Part shown: in pieces, positions 27,357 to 36,445 of the stretch
How positions within the stretch are numbered: position 1 is the first letter of the stretch
Layout of the letters: each line of letters starts with the position of its first letter
From: Candidatus Omnitrophota bacterium
GTDB taxonomy: Bacteria > Omnitrophota > Gorgyraeia > Zapsychrales > JANLHA01
Length of the DNA: 64,000 bases
Assembly (NCBI GenBank): GCA_038222225.1
Contig: JBBRHV010000003.1
Coordinates: 10,331-74,330, forward strand
Direction: 5' to 3'
Position numbers and translations under genes: made by a program
Notes under the pieces: model-generated
What the model was told of the DNA's origin: nothing
Database searches by the model: none
The model's input: only the letters and a program-made list of their open reading frames with translations

Positions 27357-27794
27357 TTAATCTCTATTCTTTTTAAACCACTCCTGATAATATTCCTCCT
27401 GCGCATCCGCTTTGCCGCTTGCGACATAATCCTGATACAGCATTTCTCCTAGATCTTCGCGAATAACATCATCAGGAACTCGACCGTCATCAAAATCCCG
27501 GTACATAATAAATAACGTCCTTAAAAGAACACCAATAGGCTTCATAAACTGTTCGGGAACTTCGATCCGAATCGAATCAACTTCCTCAGCATAAAACTTC
27601 GGATCCTTGCGAATAATTACACCTTTTCCCGCGAACTTCTCAATCACGCTTTCCACGGCCTTGACCTTCCCTTCAGAAGATAAGGCATCCCACATACCGG
27701 CACTGCTTTGAACTGAATTCTGAATAGAAGATGTCGCCGCTAATGTGGGACAGCACCATGTACACAAAAACATTATAATTAATATTTTCTGCAT
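27357..27794 (-). CDS. Secreted hypothetical protein (signal peptide; start taken at MQKIL).
   Basis: Hydrophobic MQKILIIMFLCTWCCPTLAATSS leader. The upstream in-frame extension is the translation of a CT tract and is unlikely to be coding. Confidence 0.5.
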   Translation of the reverse strand: MQKILIIMFLCTWCCPTLAATSSIQNSVQSSAGMWDALSSEGKVKAVESVIEKFAGKGVIIRKDPKFYAEEVDSIRIEVPEQFMKPIGVLLRTLFIMYRDFDDGRVPDDVIREDLGEMLYQDYVASGKADAQEEYYQEWFKKNRD

Positions 27795-28011
27795 TTTTAT
27801 TTTTAAAAACCGCTTCCTGATATCCGCAACACGCCCTGTCCACTCACGGTGGACTGTCCCCTTCTCCGTTCTCTTCTCCCTTCTCCTCTCCTTCTCCTTC
27901 TCTTGAGTTGACCCTTTATAAAGGAAACAGCGCATGTAGTTAAACCCGCAGTTAATGAAAGATGTGTTATTTTACTGAAAAAGTAATGATTTTACAAGAA
28001 ATAACCTGTCG

Positions 28012-29046
28012 CTATTTATATATACCCGCCAAACCTTTATCCAACAATTCCTGATTCACATAAACCCCCTCCTCCGCAATGCGGGCGAGGTCATCCGTTC
28101 CCTCCAGCACAAACAGATCAGTCAGATAACGGCCGTACTTTTCCGGGTCCTTATGGGTCTTAACCACCACGCGCTCAACGCCTTTGAGGCGGCCGGTCAA
28201 ATACTCTTTGGCCTTAACCCCGGCTAAAGTGGAAAGCTCCGGGGCATCGATCGCCCGCAGGCGCAGGCGCTGGGTTGTTAACATACCGTAGCCCATATCA
28301 ATGCGCGCCACCAAAGTATCGCCGTCCACCACTCGATCGATCCAGGCGCCGTAAGTATACAGCACCTCACTGGGACCTTTATAGGTTTCCAGCCGGTAAC
28401 CTGCCCCCTCTTTGATCGAGCACACAAGTTTCGAATTGATAAACTTGATATATCCCGCCTCGGCACTGTCAATGGCCACATGAAAACCCAGATCAAGCCT
28501 TGGTGAAAACGGCACGCCGTTTAAATCCGTGCCTTTGCGGATCGCATATAGATAGGGAATGCCGCGCGCACAGGTCAGCTGTCCGCCTTTGAGCTCAACG
28601 CGATGAAGCGCTTCGACGTTTTTGTCGCGAACCAATTCGGTCACCTGCAGGCTCGAAACTCCCTCTTTAATCATCCGGCGCTCAAGCTTGAGCCGTTCTT
28701 TACTATCGGCCACACTGATCAGATGGCGGTAATGCGTCCAGGTCAAGGGCGTGTTGCCCGGACACTGCGGATACATGCGGTAGAACTGAACCATCTTCTG
28801 AAGGACGCGCTCATTCAATTTAAGCTCCTCCCCCAATTTTTGGTACAGCGAAACCCTGTAAGCGGAGCGGTAATCCTTGTCGAGAAAAGATTCGGCGATC
28901 GAGCAGCCGATCTTCCAGTAGGTTTGAACACGGGCGAGGTTTAAAAGATGCTGAGCTTCTTTGAGCCCGGTATCCATGTCCCGGCGGATGGATGTCAGAA
29001 GTTTGGTGAAACGTTTTTCAACCACAACGTTGGCGGGAACGGTCAT
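28012..29046 (-). CDS. DUF1016_N (YhcG N-terminal) domain fused to a staphylococcal-nuclease-like (SNase/thermonuclease) domain; putative nuclease.
   Basis: LLNLARVQTYWKIGCSIAE (DUF1016_N-like) and VVDGDTLVARIDMG...LRLRAIDAPE (SNase DGDT...R..IDAPE). Confidence 0.6.
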   Translation of the reverse strand: MTVPANVVVEKRFTKLLTSIRRDMDTGLKEAQHLLNLARVQTYWKIGCSIAESFLDKDYRSAYRVSLYQKLGEELKLNERVLQKMVQFYRMYPQCPGNTPLTWTHYRHLISVADSKERLKLERRMIKEGVSSLQVTELVRDKNVEALHRVELKGGQLTCARGIPYLYAIRKGTDLNGVPFSPRLDLGFHVAIDSAEAGYIKFINSKLVCSIKEGAGYRLETYKGPSEVLYTYGAWIDRVVDGDTLVARIDMGYGMLTTQRLRLRAIDAPELSTLAGVKAKEYLTGRLKGVERVVVKTHKDPEKYGRYLTDLFVLEGTDDLARIAEEGVYVNQELLDKGLAGIYK

Positions 29047-29057
29047 GGAAATATTAT

Positions 29058-29140
29058 AGAGCGTAGAGGGTAGAGCGTAAAGCGTAGAGGGAAAAAAAGA
29101 CACTAAGACACTAAGACACTCAGGCACTAAGACACTGAAA
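29058..29140. repeat. Two short tandem repeat blocks: (AGCGTAGAGGG)-like x3 and (GACACTAA) x about 5.
   Basis: Read directly from the sequence upstream of the nuclease gene start. Confidence 0.7.
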
Positions 29141-29182
29141 AACGGAAAAACAAAAAACCGCCCTTTGGGGTGGCTTTTTATT

Positions 29183-29195
29183 TGGTAGCCCTGGG
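29183..29195 (-). repeat. Short tRNA-Glu 3'-end-like remnant (TGGTAGCCC..).
   Basis: 9-13 nt identity to the reverse complement of the tRNA-Glu 3' end. Confidence 0.35.
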
Positions 29196-29317
29196 CTTCG
29201 CTAATGCTCAGCCACTTCCTCGGACATTAAGTTTTTCAAAAAACCATTCTTCTTCAAAAATCAAAAACCCCTGCAAAACTCTACAGAGGCTAATAAAAAA
29301 ATTAAATGTACTAATCA

Positions 29318-29596
29318 CTAAATATTCTTCAGAAACCTTTTAATATCGTCGTGATTTCCCGCAAATATAAATTCCACTAAATCCCCTTGCCACCTAAACA
29401 AGATCCTAGCTTTTATGCCCTTGCGCACTTCCCAAAAGTCACCTCTTAAACGCTTTAAGCCAATTCCTTTATGAATACTTTGATCTTGGGACAGCATATC
29501 AATTAGCTGAATTGCAACTTCTTTTATTGCTGCCTTTTCCTTCTCGGAAAAGGATTTCATTGATCGCTTAAATGCCGGCTTAAATTCAAATTTCAT
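29318..29596 (-). CDS. RelE/ParE-family type II toxin.
   Basis: 92 aa; KGIGLKRLRGDFWEVRKGIKARILFRWQGDLVEFIFAGNHDD pattern; 4-bp overlap with the upstream antitoxin. Confidence 0.7.
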   Translation of the reverse strand: MKFEFKPAFKRSMKSFSEKEKAAIKEVAIQLIDMLSQDQSIHKGIGLKRLRGDFWEVRKGIKARILFRWQGDLVEFIFAGNHDDIKRFLKNI

Positions 29597-29856
29597 AAGT
29601 CTTTAAGATGTTCTTTGGCTACTTCTGCACTGGAAATGCTCTTGCCTTTTTCAGCGGCTAGCTTCTCGATCTTAGCCCATTCTTGTTCCGTGTATGGAGA
29701 TTCAGCCGTGACTTTGCAAGGAACCAAAATCACACCATCTTTTGTAATACCAAAACCCACCGCCGAACCTTCTTTTAAATTCAAAAGCTTTCGAATACGA
29801 TTGGGGATCGTGATCTGTCCTTTGGTGGTCATTTTTGCTACTTCTGTGATTGTCAT
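29593..29856 (-). CDS. AbrB/MazE/SpoVT-type antitoxin.
   Basis: MTTKGQITIPNRIRKLLNLKEGSAV swapped-hairpin motif; RBS AAAGGAG. Confidence 0.7.
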   Translation of the reverse strand: MTITEVAKMTTKGQITIPNRIRKLLNLKEGSAVGFGITKDGVILVPCKVTAESPYTEQEWAKIEKLAAEKGKSISSAEVAKEHLKDL

Positions 29857-30182
29857 TTGAAGGCTCCTTTCATTTTTCCTTACATCCTTACTTAAAGGAT
29901 ACCCTACAAGTAACCAACCGTCAACCCTTTTTAAATCCTGAAAGATCTCACAACACTCTTTCAAACATCCTCTCTAATCACAATCAGAAAGCTGCTTAAC
30001 GCAGAAATTTCATCAATATCAACATGCCACTCATTTGTGTGGATGTCAAGATTCTTCTGTTTCCTTTTATTTTCACCACCAAAACCATCACCAAAATCTC
30101 TAAAAAACATAACGCACCTTGATTAACATCGATATGGCTTGAAAAAATGAAGAAAGGGAAGGCAAAAGCCTTCCCTTTTATC

Positions 30183-30213
30183 TGGTAGCCCCAACTAGAT
30201 TTGAACTAACAAC
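30183..30213 (-). repeat. att-like remnant: copy of the 3' about 30 nt of tRNA-Glu (27/31 identical to the reverse complement of 37323-37353).
   Basis: tggtagccccaactagatttgaactaacaac versus tggtagccccaaccggatttgaaccggtgtt. Confidence 0.65.
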
Positions 30214-30449
30214 ACTTTTAGGTCAAAACTATCGAAAAAACATCAAAATTGTGCAGTTTTTTGCCGACTTTCATCATGCTGATAATTCCATCCCTAAATC
30301 CACTACTAAAAACTTCTATCAACGAAATCCCAAATTCAGAGAACCCTTTATCGACTGGCACGATCCATTCCAGTCGATACCATTAAACATTTCAATCAAA
30401 GACCACAAAATGAAGCAGCTTCCTTGAAGCTCCTTTCCCCATCTCCTTA

Positions 30450-31856
30450 TCAAAACTTCTTTCGCTTCTTAAGATGCTTTACCATCTGAACCATATCTTC
30501 CTTATACATAGACTTCAATTGCTCCCACTTTTCATGAGCAAGATCATAGTCGGGATAAAACATCAAGGCCTTTTCAAAACATTTTTCAGCCTTGCGTTTT
30601 TGAAGCAGAAAAACATAACAAACACCCATATTATGCCAAACCACGTGATTATCATCCCATAGCTTTGAATAATGCTGATAAAATTCCAGGGCCTTTTGAT
30701 ATTGCCCTTCTTTCATGCATCGGGCCGCATCATCAAAAAGTTTTTCAACCTTCTGCTTATCATCTGTGTAAATTCTGTTTATCTGAAAGTCATATCCGAA
30801 TTCTTCCTGGGGATTGCCCATCGCTTTGCGTTCCTCCATAATAACTTCTCTGGGCGTCTTTCCGTTAAGTTCTTCAAGAGGAGCAACAAACCATTCATCG
30901 CTCCACCGCTGAATCTTTTCAACAAACTCTTCCTGTTCTTTGGCAGACATTATCTTCATTGGATACAAAAACGTTTTCTCCATTGCGTCCGTACAAGCGC
31001 TCACCAATGTTTTTTCCAAAGGGCCTTTTTCCATACCCTGATGAAGTTCTCCCACAAACTGATTCCAGACATCGTTAAAAGCCTCGCCGAATTCCTCAAC
31101 ACTGACCCACTCCGGAAGCGTCATGCCGCTCAGCACACTTTGCATTATATCCGCCAGATGCTTTTTATCCTTGATCGCCATTCTCATTTCAAGAAAGATA
31201 TCCTCAGCATCGTCATCCGACAAGCCGCCTTCTTTACAAAGCAGAATGAATTTTTTTTCAACAGATAGCTGTTCCGGAACACGCTCTGGAAACAACGCTT
31301 TATACATCTCAAATGCATCCTGTCGATCATGCGATTCAGACGAGTTTTTTAAAAACAAGCCGATGATATCGTACTCCTGTTTCGGAAAAAACAGGCCATC
31401 CGATGCCATTATAAAATAGTTATCAAACGGCAATAATCTTCCGATAATATAATCGCCTTTCCCGGCAGCTCTGCTTCCTCTGGTGTCAAAAATATGATAT
31501 TCCTCCAATGAAATCACATCTTCGCACACAAACTCTTTACCGATCTTTACTGCCTTAACTTTATAAATCCCGAAGCGGTCCTGCCCAATCCGGGAATATA
31601 TTTCATAAAGCTCCCGGGAGATTTTGCCCCTCTCCTCATCCAGGAAAACATCAAAAAGCCTTTTATGATATTTCTCCAATTGGTGATCAAAAATAAACCA
31701 GTCGAAAAACAGCCGGCCGATATTCTGATCGGTAAATGACAAACGGATAAAATCTTTCTGCCGTTCAAACACCTCTTTTTCTATCGCGGAATGACATCGA
31801 ACAAAATCATTGATCGCATCATACATTTTTTTAATAAGGTCTTTATATTCTTTCAT
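30450..31856 (-). CDS. Hypothetical protein with C-terminal TPR repeats; N-terminal about 330 aa unrecognised.
   Basis: C-terminal KALEFYQHYSKL...GVCYVFLLQKRKAEKCFEKALMFYPDYDLAHEKWEQL TPR-like. Confidence 0.5.
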   Translation of the reverse strand: MKEYKDLIKKMYDAINDFVRCHSAIEKEVFERQKDFIRLSFTDQNIGRLFFDWFIFDHQLEKYHKRLFDVFLDEERGKISRELYEIYSRIGQDRFGIYKVKAVKIGKEFVCEDVISLEEYHIFDTRGSRAAGKGDYIIGRLLPFDNYFIMASDGLFFPKQEYDIIGLFLKNSSESHDRQDAFEMYKALFPERVPEQLSVEKKFILLCKEGGLSDDDAEDIFLEMRMAIKDKKHLADIMQSVLSGMTLPEWVSVEEFGEAFNDVWNQFVGELHQGMEKGPLEKTLVSACTDAMEKTFLYPMKIMSAKEQEEFVEKIQRWSDEWFVAPLEELNGKTPREVIMEERKAMGNPQEEFGYDFQINRIYTDDKQKVEKLFDDAARCMKEGQYQKALEFYQHYSKLWDDNHVVWHNMGVCYVFLLQKRKAEKCFEKALMFYPDYDLAHEKWEQLKSMYKEDMVQMVKHLKKRKKF

Positions 31857-32083
31857 TGTGTCAATTTTTGTAGAAACCCCTGATCAATAAATCATTAATA
31901 AATCGTGACCATGTTTTGCTGAAGTTTTCTGCAAGTATAAATTCCACCAAGCCGTCAAAGTTTTTTTCTTTTAGATGCCATAAAATTATTCTGTTTCATA
32001 AAAAATTTTGAATGCCAATTTAAAATTTTTATACAAATAATAGCCTTTTGGAAATGCATAAGTCTATGGTATTCTTACAGTAT

Positions 32084-32263
32084 GAAAGAAACATCCCTCT
32101 TTGAATCAAATCCTTATTTAAAAAATCAGGCTGTACGAAACCGGATGTTTTTAACTGCCGTGAATACCTCGACTGCTATTGAAGGTGTTCATGTCGATAT
32201 CTCATCTCCAAAAAAGCGTTCACGCCAAAACACATCCATATCTAGGAAGATGCTGAAGTAGCC
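32084..32263 (+). pseudogene. Fic-family N-terminal fragment (inhibitory-helix region TSTAIEGVHVDIS), 59 aa.
   Basis: Hand translation MKETSLFESNPYLKNQAVRNRMFLTAVNTSTAIEGVHVDISSPKK... parallels the N-terminus of the intact Fic at 35362..36378. Confidence 0.55.
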
Positions 32264-32490
32264 TTCTTGATTGTCCTTCTGATAACACTCAAAAACATCC
32301 TCTGCATGGGAACATAGTCTCTTCTAAGACCAGATTGTACCGCTGCGATATATTCGGCCTTTTTTCTGCCTTGAATACCGCCAAAATCCAAGGCCGGCAG
32401 CCCTGCCTGAAGAGCCATGATGATAGAAAGAAGTCGCGCAATTCGGCCGTTACCTTCCCGAAACGGATGGATCAGAGACCAATAAAAATA
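32236..32490 (-). pseudogene. Fic-family C-terminal fragment starting at the catalytic motif (YFYWSLIHPFREGNGRIARLL...). No start codon; in frame directly after the HEPN stop codon.
   Basis: HPFxEGNGR Fic motif read by hand. Convergent with the N-terminal fragment on the opposite strand. Confidence 0.7.
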
Positions 32491-32895
32491 TCAAGATAGC
32501 TTGTTCTTCACAAATTCAAAAAACCGCTCACAATCTTTAAACATCTTCTCTGCCTCGTTTTTGCAAACAAGGCGCTCCTCATACTCAGCCATATTTTTCA
32601 TCCGCAAAATCCTCACGATACGGTTGGCGTTTGTCGTGAACTCTTCGGTGTTTTTGATCATTTTAAACAGGACGACCGCCTGATTATGGTCTTCGCCGGC
32701 GCTTCTTTTCCCCAAAAAATAAACGCACATGGCGTCACAGGCGGATATCGTGCAGTGTATCGCATTAATAGCAACAGCATTCCACTGTTGTCCTTGCAAG
32801 GCTTTCTGCGATGCATTAAAACACTCTTGTGCTTTCTGCATAAAATTCGTATACGCTGCGCGCTGAACATCCCGTGTTTTCGGCTTTGCTATCAT
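32491..32895 (-). CDS. HEPN-domain protein (toxin partner of MNT).
   Basis: R-x4-6-H motif (KRSAGEDH); genetic pairing with the MNT gene. Confidence 0.7.
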   Translation of the reverse strand: MIAKPKTRDVQRAAYTNFMQKAQECFNASQKALQGQQWNAVAINAIHCTISACDAMCVYFLGKRSAGEDHNQAVVLFKMIKNTEEFTTNANRIVRILRMKNMAEYEERLVCKNEAEKMFKDCERFFEFVKNKLS

Positions 32896-32907
32896 AACAT
32901 CATCCTC

Positions 32908-33504
32908 CTAGGGGAATAATTGTATTCCTTTTTCGATTTCCTCCAAAAGCTTCAGATCCTTCTTCTGCTGAAACTGTTTTTCCGTCAGAACATACGCAGC
33001 CAATCTGTTGCCAAATTTTTCTAGGCATGTAATAGACAGTCCCTCAAGCGATTCCTCCAGAGACTTTAAACTTTCCTTATTTTGGGTCAAAACAAAAAGA
33101 TCAATATCGCTGTCTGTTTTTTCATCATGACTGGAAACAGATCCGAACAAAACGACTTTAATCAGGCTTTTCTTGGGTAGTCTGCTTAAAATGGTCGTTT
33201 TTAAGGCCACAATCGGCTGTGGCTGCGTGTCAACGATCCCTTTGACAGTATTCAACACATCATAAGCGTAACTCTGAGGATTGACTTTCCAGACATGGGC
33301 CCGCCCTACTCTTTCATAGGAAACAAAATGCCACTGCTCCAGATAGCGCATAACCCGGTTAACCGTCATGTGCGAAATTCCCACCAGAGACGAAATCTCT
33401 CTCTCACTCATGGCGGACTCATGGTTAATCAAAAACCGGACAACCTTGAGTTTCGCCTCAGTATCGATCAATTGAAAAAACGAATCATGAAACTTCATAC
33501 GCAT
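32908..33504 (-). CDS. Minimal nucleotidyltransferase (MNT) with N-terminal winged HTH (antitoxin partner of HEPN).
   Basis: LFGSVSSHDEKTDSDIDLFVL (GS...DxD) motif; wHTH at the N-terminus. Confidence 0.75.
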   Translation of the reverse strand: MRMKFHDSFFQLIDTEAKLKVVRFLINHESAMSEREISSLVGISHMTVNRVMRYLEQWHFVSYERVGRAHVWKVNPQSYAYDVLNTVKGIVDTQPQPIVALKTTILSRLPKKSLIKVVLFGSVSSHDEKTDSDIDLFVLTQNKESLKSLEESLEGLSITCLEKFGNRLAAYVLTEKQFQQKKDLKLLEEIEKGIQLFP

Positions 33505-33506
33505 TC

Positions 33507-33552
33507 CTTTGTAACTTTCATGTTACAAATGTAACATAAATGTTACATAAAA
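33507..33552. promoter_or_regulatory. Operator-like 18-bp perfect palindrome ATGTTACAAATGTAACAT plus an extra TGTTACAT half-site, immediately upstream of the MNT start.
   Basis: Palindrome read directly; the downstream gene encodes a wHTH protein. The TGTAACAT half-site also occurs at about 36645. Confidence 0.5.
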
Positions 33553-33615
33553 TCAATGATTTTATATCGAAATATCAACGGCACCATACGACGCAAAAAC
33601 TCTTTAAACTTCATC

Positions 33616-33963
33616 TTCATTTACTAGAGAGTGGTTGCCCAATTATGGCTAAATCCTAGTAAATGGCTTTTTGGCCATTTTCCCAAAATGCCGATTGCGA
33701 CTATTTTGATTTATTGTCATTTACTAGGGGCCATTTACTAAGTGCCACTTCTGATAGAAATGGCTAGTATCAGACCCAATTTGGCTGTCGCGAGTACTAT
33801 CAATTTTTCCAAATGTAAGCATCCAGCGCCGAAACTACAAAACACCATCCCACTTGCGCCCTAACCCTTTGACACGTCAAGACATGAACGATCCCTGACT
33901 GCGTTTGGCAATCAGGGATCTTTGTGATTCTGAGAGTCGTTTCCGACACTGTTATACTGGTAG
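33616..33963 (+). repeat. Repeat R2 (CATTTACTAG sites x4 in direct/inverted orientation, terminator hairpin, ends ...TTATACTGGTAG); lacks the central sRNA-like segment.
   Basis: Alignable to R3 36711..37142 and R1 558..873. Confidence 0.75.
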
Positions 33964-33999
33964 TGTACGCTGTCCGAAGACACACATGACTCTCACCAT

Positions 34000-35263
34000 T
34001 GATCTTCCCCACTTTAGTGGACAGTTTGTTTAGTTAGGACGGCTCGATTTTCAAACTCAAAAGGACTTAAATAATTGAGCGTTGAATGACTCCGTCTACG
34101 ATTATAATACATCTCTACATATTCAAAGATTTTTCTTCTTGCTTCTTCCCTAGTTCGAAATCGGTACTTGTGAACAAGCTCGACTTTTAACGTGTGGAAG
34201 AAGCTCTCAGCGACGGCATTATCCCAGCAGTCACCTTTTCGGCTCATACTGCCGATAAGCTTATGTTCAGCCAATATCGCCTTGAAATCATTCCCTGCGT
34301 ACTGACTGCCGCGATCTGAGTGACAGATCAATCCTTTATCCGGATTCCGCCTTAGGATCGCCTGTTGCATAGCCCTGGTGGTTAGTGTCGCGGCAATGGT
34401 TTTATCCATGGCCAAACCAACAATCCCCCGCGAAAAAAGATCCAGCACCATCGCCACATATAACCACCCTTGAGAAGTCCAAATATACGTTATATCGAAT
34501 ACCCAGACGGCATTGGGCTTCTCGACCACAAAGTTCCGATTCAAAACATTCGGCCATACCGGATAATCATGCTTCGAGTTCGTCGTTAACCGAAACTTAC
34601 GCTTCTGGACAGCGACGATTCTGGCTTCTCGCATGACCTTCGCCACACGGTTCTCCGAACAACGGATATGTTTGACGTTGTTCAACTGGTCCCAGATTCG
34701 TGGACTGCCGTAATTCTCTTTGTTCTCCACAAACACACATTTTATCTCAATGAGCAATGCTTCATTCTTGATGCGGCCCTGGCTCTTGGGCCGATTTTTG
34801 TATGCGTAATACCCGCTCCTCGACACTTCCAAGGCCCGGCACATCTTCCCGAGCGGAAAGACCAAACGGTTATCGTCTATGAATCCGAACCGTTCTCGGT
34901 CGATTTTGAAAATATGCCGACTGCTTTTTTTAGGATGTCACGCTCCATTTCAACATCACGTAACTGACGCCGTAACGCCGCCAACTCTGTCAAATGACCC
35001 TTGCCGGGAAAAGCCTTCTCTCCCTCATCGCCAAACTGCTTCTTCCAGAGATACAGCCGCCCCGGGTCGATTCCAAGGCTCCTGGCCACCTCTGCGGCCT
35101 TGTGCCCGCCCTCTGTGACCATCTTGACCGCTGACATCTTGAACTCCCGGTCAAACCGCTTCTTCTTCCCGTTTTCTCCTGCCATTGGACACCTCCCGTT
35201 TTTGAGCCGGCTATCATATTAAAACCAACTCTTCGTTGTGTCCACTTTTTCGGGGGAAGATCA
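34000..35263 (-). mobile_element. IS3-family insertion sequence (orfA 34877..35185, orfB 34014..about 34930, A7 -1 frameshift site near 34920; terminal IRs TGATCTTCCCC...).
   Basis: OrfA HTH protein; OrfB rve/DDE integrase core; slippery CTAAAAAAAGC; about 25-bp imperfect terminal inverted repeats at 34000 and 35263. Confidence 0.85.
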
Positions 35264-35361
35264 CTTTATCAACTTGAATAATGCATTCAAGTCGTTACAA
35301 CCGGATTTTTATCCATTCAAATCTTGAAATTTCGCACTCTTTCTTTGGATTTTCATACCAT

Positions 35362-36378
35362 TTATTGCTTTTCCACATATTCAGCCATATCCTGCACCCG
35401 AACATGCCAAGTCTTCCCTCTTTTGACACCCTTTAATTTTCCCCGATTAATTAAATTGCGAAGATAATCTGAAGAGTAATTATAGATTCTTGCCAAATCA
35501 CTCAGCGGCAACTCAGCCTCTTTATTAGTGTGACGAATATCTACTTCCTTAAGGCGTCCTACGGCATCATCCAACCGTCCTATAACAATTTCTTTTATCT
35601 TATCAAAATCCTCCAGACGAATGCATTCATCTACATCATTAACATCAAACTTTTTCCCTTGCTCTATTTTGCGATGAATTAATTCAAAAACATCATCTGC
35701 CTTCTCTAGGGCATCATAATAATACTCACGATCCTTTTTAGAAATACCTTTGATCGCTATATTCATCAACCCACATCCAATGAGAATATACGATAATAAA
35801 ATCCTCCCAGTGCGCCCATTCCCATCAGAAAAAGGATGGATCGATTCAAACCAAACATGTGCTATCGCCGTTAGTTCAATATGATTATATTTCTCTTTTT
35901 TTAGATGATAATTAATCCATTTAACCAATAATTCCGTCGCTGGACGCACATAAAATTCACTAATAGGCGTAAACGTAGATTCTGTAACCTCTGCCCTGCC
36001 CTTACGAAATCCCCCTAAATCTCCGATATAAAATCCCATTTCCTTTTCATAACGCATCAAAAGAGTGTGGATCTGTTTAACATCAGACATACGCACTGAA
36101 AATTCTTCTTCCTTGTGTTGATTTGCCGCATATTCATACATCGCAGATGCTGCTTCAAAATAACCTAGAATAGATGCCGCCTTATGCTTATCCGTTCTTT
36201 TATTATTTTCAAGAATATCAATCAAATCTTTACGATTAGCAAATACTCCTTCAATCGCAATGGAGTTGCGAATCTCATCCTTAAACAAAGAATACCATTC
36301 GGCATTAGAAACGCTGATCAAATGATCCTTTGTTTCTTTTAACTTGTTGAACTCTTTTAAAATAGCTGATAATTTCAT
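35362..36378 (-). CDS. fic: Fic-family protein (intact; HPFSDGNGRTGR motif) with a C-terminal HTH-like region.
   Basis: Fic motif, N-terminal SIAIEGV inhibitory-helix-like motif, 338 aa. Confidence 0.85.
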   Translation of the reverse strand: MKLSAILKEFNKLKETKDHLISVSNAEWYSLFKDEIRNSIAIEGVFANRKDLIDILENNKRTDKHKAASILGYFEAASAMYEYAANQHKEEEFSVRMSDVKQIHTLLMRYEKEMGFYIGDLGGFRKGRAEVTESTFTPISEFYVRPATELLVKWINYHLKKEKYNHIELTAIAHVWFESIHPFSDGNGRTGRILLSYILIGCGLMNIAIKGISKKDREYYYDALEKADDVFELIHRKIEQGKKFDVNDVDECIRLEDFDKIKEIVIGRLDDAVGRLKEVDIRHTNKEAELPLSDLARIYNYSSDYLRNLINRGKLKGVKRGKTWHVRVQDMAEYVEKQ

Positions 36379-36445
36379 GACATATTCCTAAGTAGTGTTA
36401 AATATCAAAATCTATCGAACCACATGTGCTTATTAAAACCAACAA

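Noticed and set aside
33800-34012. 70-aa minus-strand ORF next to the IS3 left end
   Set aside because: Lies across the R2 terminator hairpin and the IS terminal inverted repeat. No coding signal.
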